Shown here: in pieces, positions 8,481-18,825 of the stretch
Layout: every line of letters begins with the position of its first letter
How positions within the stretch are numbered: position 1 is the first letter of the stretch
Source of the DNA: Parvularia atlantis
Taxonomy: Eukaryota
Assembly: GCA_943704415.1 (NCBI GenBank)
Contig: CALSCO010000869.1
Location: 1 to 33,633 of the forward strand
Direction of reading: 5' to 3'
DNA length: 33,633 bases
The notes under the pieces: model-generated
Told to the model about the DNA's origin: nothing
Database searches by the model: none
Seen by the model: only the letters and a program-made list of their open reading frames with translations
Translations under genes and position numbers: made by a program

Positions 8481-10309
8481 TCACCCACTGGCTGACATCA
8501 CGCTACGCTCGAGAGACGCAGTGAGCGCCGCTTGGTCGATGCCGTGCCCTGCATGGACGGTCAACATGGCACACCACAAGCGCCGCACGCACGCGCCGCA
8601 CCGACAAAGAGCAGGCGCGTCTGCCGCGGGCCGTCCGCGTCGTCCCAGCGCGTCGTCTCGTGCACCTCGTACAGCTCGTAGACGACTGCGTGCGCGCGCA
8701 TCAGCTCTGTCATTGCGTCGTCGCGCACGCGCACGCACCCTGTAGAATGTGGCGCCGGTCGGCCCCGCGCACGGCCAGCTCGCCTTTGGCCCGCAGCACG
8801 TCCACCGCGTGCCCCGGCGTGCCCGGCAACGTCTATGTGCGCAGTGAGCACGCTCGCCGTAGCAGCGCACCCGGCCCCGGCCCCGGCCCCGCACCCGCTC
8901 CCAGATCAGCGTGTGCAGCCACGGCTCGAAGCGCGCGAGGTCGAGCGGCTCGGTCAGCACCACCAGCACCGTGCTCACGGTCTGCGCGCGCGCATGAGCA
9001 TGCACGCACACAAGCGGGCACGGCGCACCTCACCTTGCCGCTAAGCGCGTGCGTCGTGCGGTCGTGCGGATGCTGATGGTGGTGGTGGCCGCAGCTGTCG
9101 TCGTGCACGTGCGGCGGCTCGAAGCGCACGCGGTCAAAGGCGCGGATGTCGAGCACAAAGTCGAGCGGGACGCTGCGGGCGCGTCAGCATGCGGCCGCCG
9201 GTGCCAGGCGAGCACGCACTCTGACCGCTGCGCACGCCGCACAGGCGCGGCCGCGTTGATCGCCGCAATCACGTCCTCGGCGCGCTCGAGCGCCTCGGGC
9301 GCGACAAGGTCGACCTTGTTGAGCACGACGCGGTCGGCCAGGGCAATCTGCGCGCGCGCGTCAGTGCCGTCGCGCATCGTGCGGGCGACACGGCAGACCT
9401 GGCGCACGGCCTCGTTGATGCCGCGCACGGTGCCCGCGTCGTCGCCGTCGCCGGCGTGCTGCACCTGACGCGGCAGGTTGAGCGCGTCAACGACGGTGAC
9501 GATGCCGTCGAGGTAGAGCGGGCTCTCGAGCTCGTCGTCGAGCCAGAACATGCCCGCGATCACGCCTGGCGCGCCCGCGGCCCGCTCAGCAGCGGCCTCG
9601 CAGCACGAGGGGCAGCAGAGGCGAGACGCACCGGGGTCGGCCAGGCCCGTCGTCTCGACGAGCACGTAGTCGAAGCGTCCCTGGCGCGCCATCAGCCGCT
9701 CGATCGCCTGCACGCCCGCGTCCCTGTGGGCCGTCCGCGTGAGCACCGGCCGCCCCGCGCGCACGAGCACGAGGGGGTCGCGCACTTGACGGAGCAGCAC
9801 ATGCACCCGTTGCGCAGCTCGACCCAGTCCTCGTACAGGTTGGCCACGTCGGCGCCGGTGCCGCCCGCGCTGCCCTCGACGAGCGACTGCTCGATCGCGC
9901 GGTCACCGCCGTCGGTCGCGGCGCCGCCGCCAAAGTCGTTGAGGATGACGGCGACGCGGCGGCCGTGGTGCGCGCGGAGGACGTGGGCGAGCAGCGTCGT
10001 CTTGCCGGCGCCGAGGAACCCGGTCAGGATCGTCACGGGCACCTTGGCGTGTGGTGCTGCCGTGCCGGGTGCTGCCGATGCGGACGAGGCTGCTGCTGCC
10101 GATGCGGCCGGTGCGGACGCGGCCGGTGCGGACGAGGCCAGGGCGGACGAGGCCAGGGCGGACGAGGCTGCTGCTGCCGACGCGGCCGGTGCGGACGCGG
10201 CCGGTGCGGACGAGGCCAGGGCGGACGAGGCCGGCACAGCCGCAGCCGCAGCAGCAGGAGCCGCGATCAGCTCGGGCGGCAGATCGTCGTCAGCGTCGGC
10301 CGTCAGCAT
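8481..10309 (-). CDS. ZNG1: COG0523/CobW-family Zn-regulated GTPase metallochaperone (ZNG1/CBWD)
   Basis: [66 protein letters not shown], His-rich linker, CobW_C domain; GT-AG introns restore the frame. Confidence 0.93.
10080..10233. repeat. Near-perfect 78-bp tandem duplication inside the Ala/Ser-rich ZNG1 N-terminal linker
   Basis: The unit starting gcggacgaggctgctgctgccga occurs at 10080 and again at 10158. Confidence 0.9.
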
Positions 10310-10334
10310 CGTCGTCCTCTTCAATCTGCTGCGC

Positions 10335-11256
10335 ATGCTCCGGATGGCCGCCAAGCGGGCGCTGGTGCTGTGCGCGCACGGCACGGAGGAGATGGAGCTG
10401 GTCATCACCGTCGACGTCCTTCGCCGCGGCGGCGTGCGCCTCGCCCTCCACTCGCCCCTCCCGCGCGCCTCCCTCACCCGCTTCGCGCACCTCGCAGATC
10501 GACGTGACCGTCGCGGGCCTCGAGGGCCCCGGCGCGGTCGAGTGCTCGCGCGGCGTGCGCATCGTGCCCGACCGCGCCCTCGCCGACGTCGACACGGACG
10601 TGCGCCCGCCGCCCCACCCTCGACGCCACCTCACGCGCGGCCGCCGTGCGCAGCGCGAGCTGTTTGACGCCGTCGTCCTGCCCGGCGGCGCGAAGGGCGC
10701 CAAGACCTTCGCCGAGGCGCGGCGCATCGGCGCGGCGCGGGGCGCGGCTCACGCGAGGCGGACGCGCAGACGCCCCGCGTGCTCGAGCTCATCCGCCAGC
10801 AGCTCGCGGCCGGGCGCTTCCTCGGCGCGATCTGCGCCGGTGCGCGGCGCCGTCGACGTCGGCGCGCGGTTGATCGCGCGCCCATGCAGCGCCCATCGCG
10901 CTCAAGGCAGCCGACGCCGGCAAGGGCGCGCGCCTCACGTCGCACCCGTCCGTCCAGGCCACGCTCGCGGCCGGTGCGCGCGACCACGTCCGCCGCGCCC
11001 AAAGCCTGCTGATCGCGCTGCACCCGGCGCAGACTACGACTACAGCGAGACGCGCGTCGTCGTCGACGGCAAGCTCATCACCAGGTGCGCCGATCTCCCT
11101 TGCGCCGCGCCGCGCCGCGCAGCTCAGCGTCGCGCGCACAGCCGCGGCCCCGGCACAACATTCGAGTTTGCGCTGCAGCTCGTCGAGACGCTCGCGGGCA
11201 AGGCCAAGCGCGACGACATCACCCCGACCATGCTCGTGCACACGCCCTCGGCCTGA
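10335..11256 (+). CDS. PARK7: DJ-1/PfpI family protein (7 exons, one GC-AG intron)
   Basis: [77 protein letters not shown]. The start is the ATG at 10335 or 10344. Confidence 0.93.
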
Positions 11257-11300
11257 CTTTTGTCGTCTGCTATCCACACGTGCAGCCCTCTCGCGCCCGC

Positions 11301-14300
11301 TCAACCGTTTGCCACGGCGGCGCGCGGCGGCCCCTGCGCGCGGCCGCGGTCCGACTGCCCGCGCGACGACGTCTGCCCCGCCGCCCGCTGCGGCTTCTCC
11401 TTGTGCTCGACAAACTTGCGCGGGACCTCGTCGTCGCGCACGCAGCGCACCGTGTCGCCCTCGCGGAAGTCCACAAAGCCCTGCGCGCGCTTGTGTTGGC
11501 ACACCTCGCGCCAGCCGCTGCGACGCACGCACCTCGAGCGCCAAGCCGCACTCGTTGCCCTTGGTCACGAGCTCGACGTCCTTCTTGAAGTGCTTGAGCG
11601 TCGACGCCGAGCCTGCATGCTGGCGCGTGAGCAGCAGACGGACGAGCGCGAGCGCGCTGTTGCGGCGCACCGGTGAAGATGACTTGGCCGTTGCGCAGCA
11701 CCTGGAACTGATGCGCGCGCTTGAACTCGCCGTCGCTCACGCGAATGCCGGCCACGACCATCTTGCCGCCGCTGCTCGTGTGCCGTCAGCGCCACTCGGG
11801 CCCGCAAGGCCCGCACGACGCACCTGATCTGAAAGATCTGCTGCACGGTCGCCTCGCCGACGGTCACCTGCACCGTCTCCGTGCCCAGCAGCTTCGACAA
11901 CATGGCGCGCACGTCGTCCAGCAGCTGGCACGGCACGGCGCTGTCAGGTGTATGCACACGCGCACGCAGCTCACAGGCGGGGGTGCACCGAGTAGATGAT
12001 GCCGTAGGACGACACGGCGACGCTGTGCACCTTGGCCGCGGTCTTGGCCTCGCGGCTGACGGGCACGTTGAACGCGAGCACTTGGGCTGCCCACGCGCGT
12101 CAGTGGTGCCGCGGCCGCGCGCACAGACACACACCGCCCGAGGCCGCCGCCAGCGTCACGTCCGATTCGGTCACCTCACCCACGGCCGTGTGCAGCACGC
12201 GCACGTGTGCGTCGTCGTTGCGCAGCTTGCTGACCGACGCGGCGATCTGTACGCACGCGATCATGGCTCAGCATCGCTCTTACGGGTGCGCGCGGACACG
12301 CACGGCCTCGATCGTCCCACTCACGTCGCCCTTGATCACCAGCGCGAGCTCCTTGCCGGTGGGGCCGTCCTTGGCGTAGTCGTACCTGTGCGCGTGCTCA
12401 GCAGCAGCTAGCGGGATGCTCCGTCGGCCCAGCGCACCACAGCTCGTTGTACCGCTTGCGCTCCTCGGGCGTGATCGTGTGGTTCTTGATGGCCTGCTCG
12501 AGCCGCCGGATCTCGCTGCGGGTCTCGTCGGCCCGCTCACTGCGCTCGCGCAGGGCGACCACAGACTTGGCCGTCTTGCTGTTCTGCTGCGCGGCCCGCA
12601 GCCGCTCCGCCGCCTCCTTGGCCTCGTCCTGGCCCAAGCGCGTCAGCCGTGCACGCACGACAGCAGCACGTCTTGCACCTCGCTGGGAGCGCCAATCACG
12701 ACGTCGCCGGCCGCCGGCAGCTCGCGCCAGCCAATGACCTCGGCGGGCACGGACGGTGCGGCGGTCTTGAGCTCGTCGCCATTGTCGGCGAGGATCCTAC
12801 GCACGCGCGTCCAGGCCGTGCCGGCGACGATGCAGTCGCCCGGCTTGAGCGTGCCGCGCTGCACGAGCACCGTGGCCGAGTTGCTGCGGCAGCAGACGGC
12901 TCTCAGCACCGCGCGGTCGCAAGCACAACCAAGGCGTGCGCACCCGCGCCCGCGGTCCGTGCGCGACTCGACAATTACGCCCTCCACGGGCCCCGTTGGG
13001 TCGCCCTTGAGGTCCATGACCTCGGCCTGCGTCACGATCGCCTCCTCGAGCACGTCCAAGTTCAGGTTCTGGGCGTCTGTGTCAGCCGTAGTACAGCGTG
13101 TGCGCAGCGTCGCCCGCACCTTCAGCGCCGACACCTCAATCACTTGCACGTCGCCGCCAAACTGCTCGGGTTGCAGGCCGTTGGCGATGAGGTCGTCGAG
13201 GATGCGCGGCTGCGGGCGGGTCAGAAAAAGCTGCGTAAAGCGTGCCGAGGGTGCGCACCGGCTGCTGGATGTCCTTGTCGCACTTGTTGATCGCGACGAT
13301 GATCGGGGCTGCGCGGGGCCGGCGCGTGAGACGCTGATCGTGCACTTGCCTGTGAGCAGGCAAGCTCGCACCGCGTGCAGCCTTGGCGTGGTTGATGGCC
13401 TCGACCGTCTGCGGCATAATGCCGTCGTCCTTGGCCACGACGAGCACGACGAGGTCGGTCATGTTGGCGCCGCGCGCGCGCATGCTCGAGAAGGCGACGT
13501 GGCCGGGCGTGTCGAGGAACGTGATCTTGTTGCCGCTGGGCAGTGTCACTATCGCCACGCGTCAGGCATGCCGCGCCGTCATCGCATCCGCACACGCGAC
13601 GCACCGAGGAACGCGCCGATGTGCTGCGTGATACCGCCCGCCTCGCCCGCCGCCACCGACGTCTGCCCGAGCACACGTCAGCACTGCTCGCGCACAGCAC
13701 TGCTGTACGCGCACCCGGCGCAGCGAGTCGAGCAGCGTCGTCTTGCCGTGGTCGACGTGGCCCATGACCGTGACCACGGGCGGCCGCTTGACCAGGTTCG
13801 GGTCGTCGCGCTCCGGCGGTGGCCTTTGGCCGCGCGTGAGCACCGCCGTGGCACGCACCATGGCAGGCGCACCGGCGCTTGGCCTCCCACTCGAGCGCCT
13901 CGTACTTGAGCTCGCAGTTGAACTCGGCCATGAGCAGCTGCATGTCGTCCACGACCATCGCTGACCGGTGCGCGTGGGTGAGCGCCTTCGACCGCGTGCC
14001 GAGCGAGGTGTGCGCGCACGTGTGCTGCGCGTCCGCGGCAGCATGCCCGTCCTTCTTGCCGTGCGCTCGAGGTCCTCTGCGCGCGCACGAGCCTGCCTCA
14101 GACGGAGCAACGGCGCATCAGCGCGGACGCACGCGCGTTGATCTTGGACACGCGCGCCAGCTCCGGGATGGCCATCGGCTCGTGCACGGTCAGCGTCCAC
14201 GGCTTGGCCTCCCACCACGGGCGCGCCTGGCGCAGCCGCGCCAGCTGCGCGAGCTTCTCGGCCGACGGCGGCTCGTAGTCGTCGTCGAGGTACTTGTCGT

Positions 14301-14605
14301 CGTTCTTCACACGCACGCGGCGCCGCCACCCGTCGTCGCGACCCACACGGCCACGCTCGCCGCCGCCGCCCGACGGGCGCCGATCACCGCCGTAGCCGCC
14401 GTCACCGCGTCCGCCGCGTCCGCCGCCGCCGCCGCCGCGCCCTCTGTCGTCGCGGTCGCCACCTGCACGCGGCCCACACGCGGTCAGCCTCGCCCCCGCC
14501 GGGCCACGCAGACGCACGATCGTAGGCCATCCACCGCCGCAGCGCGGCCCCGGGCGCAGTCGATGCTGCCGTTGTCCGCACGCGGCGAAGCGGGCCGAGC
14601 AGCAT
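11301..14605 (-). CDS. MTIF2: Mitochondrial translation initiation factor IF-2 (about 19 exons)
   Basis: Arg-rich presequence [88 protein letters not shown]. Confidence 0.92.
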
Positions 14606-14780
14606 CCGCCACGTGCTGATCGGCGCGGCCTGGCTACACGCAACTGTGCTTCACGTGGCACTGGCACGAGTGGGCGGCCTGCGAATGTACGCAGTTGTCC
14701 ATTCACACCTGCTGGGATGCACGCTACGCACATAGCGCAGAAGATTGCTGCCACACCCGTCGCCTGTCTACGCGCGCACA

Positions 14781-16327
14781 ATGGCCTCCGCAGGGAGAGT
14801 CGTGCTCAGCCCGCCGCTGCTGTCGGCGCTGGCCGTGGCGCAGGTGCGTCGCCGGCCACGGCCTCAGCGCGCTCACGGCACCGCACGCAGGTGCACCGCG
14901 AGCACACGCGAAACATCCTCTCGCTCGACTTCGACTCGAGCGGACGCTTCCTGGTCAGCGCGGGCGAGGACGAGGCGCTCAACCTGTACGACTGCGAGGC
15001 CGGGCGGTGCGCGCGCTGCTGGCGACGGGCGCGCAGGGGGCCGTGACGGCGCGTGCGTGCGCAGACACGTCAAGGCGAGCAACAGCAAGAAGTACGGTGT
15101 CGACCTCGCGCGCTTCGTCAACAAAACCTCGTCCAACGTCGTCTACGCCTCAACCAAGGGCGACGGTGCGCCTGCGCACGCTCGCGCACACGCACACGCC
15201 CGTGCTCACGGCCCGCGCACCCGACGCCCGCAAGACGCCCTGCGCCTCATGTCGCTGCACGACAACAAGTACATCCGCTACTTCCGTGGGCACGAGAAGC
15301 GGTGCTGGGCACGCGCTCTTCCCAGCCGCGCATCTCACGCGCGGACTGCGCCGCAGCGTCATCGCGCTCGACCTCAACCCGCTCAACGACACGATCATGT
15401 CCGGCGGGCTCGACGGCGTGCGCCTCTGGGACCTGCGCTCGCCCAACTGCCAGGTCCGGGCGAGGCAGGCACGGCGGGGCACGTCTCACGCGGGCGCTGC
15501 AGGCGTTCATGAACTTCCAGGGCTCGTCGCTCGTCGCGTACGACCCGTCCGGCGTTGTCTTTGCCGTCGCGCTGCAGTCCGAGACGATCCGCATGTACGA
15601 CTCGCGCTCGTTCGAGGCCGGGCCGTTCATCGTCTTCCGCAGCCTGCGCGGTGCGCCGCCGCCACCGCAGCAGCAGCGCGACGCCTCGGGCGTGCTGACG
15701 GCCAGTGCACCCGCACAGACCCGGACCGGCCGGGCGTCAAGTGGACAGGGCTCGAGTTCTCGGCCGATGGCAAGTACCTGCTCGTGTCGACAGACCACGA
15801 CGTCGTGTACCTCGTGGACGGTGCACATCGTCTGCGCGAATGCGTTCTGCGCTGACTGCTGCTGGCGCGGTGCAGCGTTCGTCGACCGCATCGTGCACCG
15901 GCTGACGGGGCAGGCCAACAAGTTTGCGCACCGACAGCTCGCGACGTTCACGCCTGACGGGCAGAGCGTGATCTGCGGTGCGCAGCGGGCGCACCGACCG
16001 TGCCGCTGCTGAGCGTGCGCGTAGGCTCGAGTGACGGGACGGTGCACATGTGGCGCGTGGGGGACGGCGGCAACATCGCCGTGCTGCGGGCGCACCACAT
16101 GGCGTGCAACGTGGTCAAGTTCAACCCGCAGTTTGCGATGATGGGCTCGGCCAACCTCGAGATGGTGGCGGCCCCGTCTGCGCGTCTGTGTCGCGCCGCT
16201 GACACGAACGTGGGCGCTGCAGGCGTTCTGGCTGCCGTCGGACGAGGCGGGCCCGCTCGCGAGCGAGCTTGACGTGGCCGCGGCGACGGCGCCGAGCGGG
16301 CTGGTGGTGCACGCGGGGTCTTGGTGA
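14781..16327 (+). CDS. WDR82: WD40 protein WDR82/Swd2 (COMPASS / CPF subunit), 10 exons
   Basis: [103 protein letters not shown] at 16325-16327. Confidence 0.93.
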
Positions 16328-16399
16328 GCGCCGCCAAAGTGAGACCGCGTCACCGGTGTACAGCGAGCGGGCAGGACATCTGCTATTCAGAGGCGCACG

Positions 16400-17943
16400 A
16401 TGACAACGCCGACGTCTTCAACGACCGCCGCGTCTCCGTCCGCTCTGACCGCACGTCTCGCGGCCGCGTGCGACGAGGCCGTGGCGGAGCTCGAGCGGCA
16501 GCGCGCCGAGCTCGAAGCCGACCGGGCGACGCTGCTGCAGGCGCGCCGCACGCCCTCGTCCGCGTTTTTTGCCATGTTTGACGCGCGCCGGGCGGCGCCA
16601 CCCGCAGGACAAGGCGGCGTGGGCCGCGTCGGCGACGCACCTGGCCGACGTGCAGCGCGCCTTCGCCGACCGCGTCACGCTCAACGTGGGCGGGCAGGTC
16701 TTCGTTACGGCCCTTGGCACCCTCCGCCGCGTCCACGACAGCTTCTTCGCACAGATGTTCTCGGGCCGCTGGGCCGTGCCGCTCGTGGGCGACTCGGCCG
16801 ACGGCGACGGCAGCGGCAGCGGCAGCGGCAGTGGCGGCACGGCGCGCGAGATCTTCATCGACCGCGACCCGACCATGTTCCGCCACATGTGCGGCGCCGC
16901 GCACGTCACCAGGAGGACGTCACACTCACCGATCGCGCCGCGCCGCTCGCGCAGCCTCAACTTCATGCGTGGCATCACCCCCGACGTCTCGCTCTTCACC
17001 CAGCTCGAGCAGCACGCGCTCAAGGCCGAGGCCAGCTACTACATGCTCACCGAGCTCGAGCAGCTGCTGGACGTGCTCGACGAGGCGCGTGCATGCCTTC
17101 CCTGCGCCGATCGCCTGATGACGCGCGCCTTTGCCAGGTCGAGGTCTTCTCCGAGCTCGCGGGCGGCGCCGCGCTGTCGTCGCTGTTTCCGCACGTCGTC
17201 GACGTGACGCTGTCGTCCTCGGGCGGGAACCGCTCGTACGGCGACGTGCTCGAGACGCGCAACACACGCGCGCTCGAGAACAGGTGCGCGCTCGCGTGCG
17301 TGCGCCCTTCTTCGCCCGCCAACCCGTCCACTCGCGCAGGTACCACGATTCGGAGGTGCCCTGGCTGTGCTTCTCGTTCAACACGGTCAAGGTCAAGCCG
17401 ACGCGTTACGCCGTGCGGCAGGACGAGGACCACTTCCTGCGCAACTGGGCGCTGCAGGGGTCCAACGACGGTGCGCGGCGTGCCCGGGCACGCGCATGCG
17501 TGCGTGTGTGCCCTCATGCTCGGCGTGCGCAAACAGGCAACACCTGGGTCAACCTGCGCGAGCACACGAACGACGACACGATCACCAACCGCTCGCGCAC
17601 GGGCATCTTCGCCGTGCCGGACGACCACGGCTTCTTCTCGCGACTGCGCATCCTGCTCACGGGACCGTCGCACAAGGGCGACCGCAATTTTGACATCTGC
17701 AACGTGCAGTTCTGGGGCTACATGGAGGACGCGGTCATCGGCCGCGCGCGCAAGCGGGCGCGCCACATCCGCGACGACGCCCCGAGCACGGCCGCGGGCG
17801 GCGGCACCGTCAGCAGCGGCGGTGGGAGCGGCGGCAGCAACGCGGGCTCCGTCTGGCCGGCGCGGCAGACGTCCATCCGTGGCAGCCTGCGCACCGACGA
17901 CGCACCCGCGCGCTCGCCGCACCACTCGTCGCCGACAGAGTGA
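16400..17943 (+). CDS. KCTD-type BTB/POZ protein with C-terminal discoidin/galactose-binding-like domain (two GC-AG introns)
   Basis: Coiled coil, then RVTLNVGGQVFVTALGTL..DSFFAQMFSGRW..IFIDRDPTMFRH|ILNFMR..LKAEASYY, then LRNWALQGSNDG|NTWVNLREHTNDDTI. Confidence 0.85.
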
Positions 17944-18023
17944 GCGTGTCGTGCGTGTCGTGTCCGTTTGTGTGTGCCCATGTGTGCCTTGCGCTTGCCG
18001 AAAAAACCGAAAAAGTCACCCAA

Positions 18024-18637
18024 TCACTTTTTCGTGGGCGCGGCGGCCTTGGCGGGCGCCGCCACCGCCTTGGCCGCGGGTGGTGCCTTACCGCCCGCGC
18101 CGCCCCCCGCTGCTGCTGCTGTTGCTGCTGCTGCTGCCGCGGCGGCCTTCTTTGAGTCCTTGCGGACCTTGACGGGCTTCTTGATCAGGACGGGGTCGAT
18201 GCCCTGCCTGCGCACGCCGTCAGCGCCCCGTTGCCGCAGGCGACGAGCGCAGCCCACGCACCGGTAGTTCTCGCGCCATCGGAACAGCCACCGCCGCTGC
18301 ATCGGCTTCAGCCCGAGCTCCTTGAGCGCCCACCGGTCGACCGTAAACAGCTTCTCCCAGTCGCCGAGCGCCTCAACGTTCTTGGGGCTCTGCGGCGCAT
18401 CCGCATCGTGAGCCGCGCACAGCCGCACCAGCCACCCGCCCGCCTGCGCACCTCGAGCCCGCGCCCGAGCAGCTGCAGGAACTTCTTCGCGTCGAGCCCG
18501 TCTGCGCGCCCCGATGCGATCAGCGCACGCACGCGACACGCATCCGCAGACGCACTGCGCGGCGGCGGGATCGGCCGCGGCGCGGGTGCGGCCGCGAGCG
18601 TCGCGAGCATCCTCCGGGCGCCGAGCCTCGCGAGCAT
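18024..18637 (-). CDS. FYV4: Mitoribosomal protein mS41 (Fyv4, IGR-motif protein) with Ala/Lys-rich tail
   Basis: Presequence MLARLGARRMLAT; PIPPPR, KKFLQLLGRGLE, WEKLFT..LKELGLKPMQRRWLFRWRENYR|QGI. Confidence 0.8.
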
Positions 18638-18693
18638 CTGCCGTCTGCCTTCTGCCGCCGCGCGCGACAGAGACGTGAGCCGCACAACGCGCC

Positions 18694-18695
<2 letters not shown>

Positions 18696-18734
<39 letters not shown>
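18696..18734. repeat. (GA)n microsatellite, probably within a 5' UTR intron of the mS41 gene
   Basis: Visible repeat; on the minus strand it lies between a donor-like AG|GTGTGG (18745) and a GCTCAC..GGCAG acceptor. Confidence 0.9.
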
Positions 18735-18736
<2 letters not shown>

Positions 18737-18825
18737 CCGCCACACCTATCGCCTGATCGTGAATGCGCGGTGCGCCACACCGGCCGTTGCCTGTCGCGGG
18801 TGCGCGGGCGCCCGTCAGATGCGTG

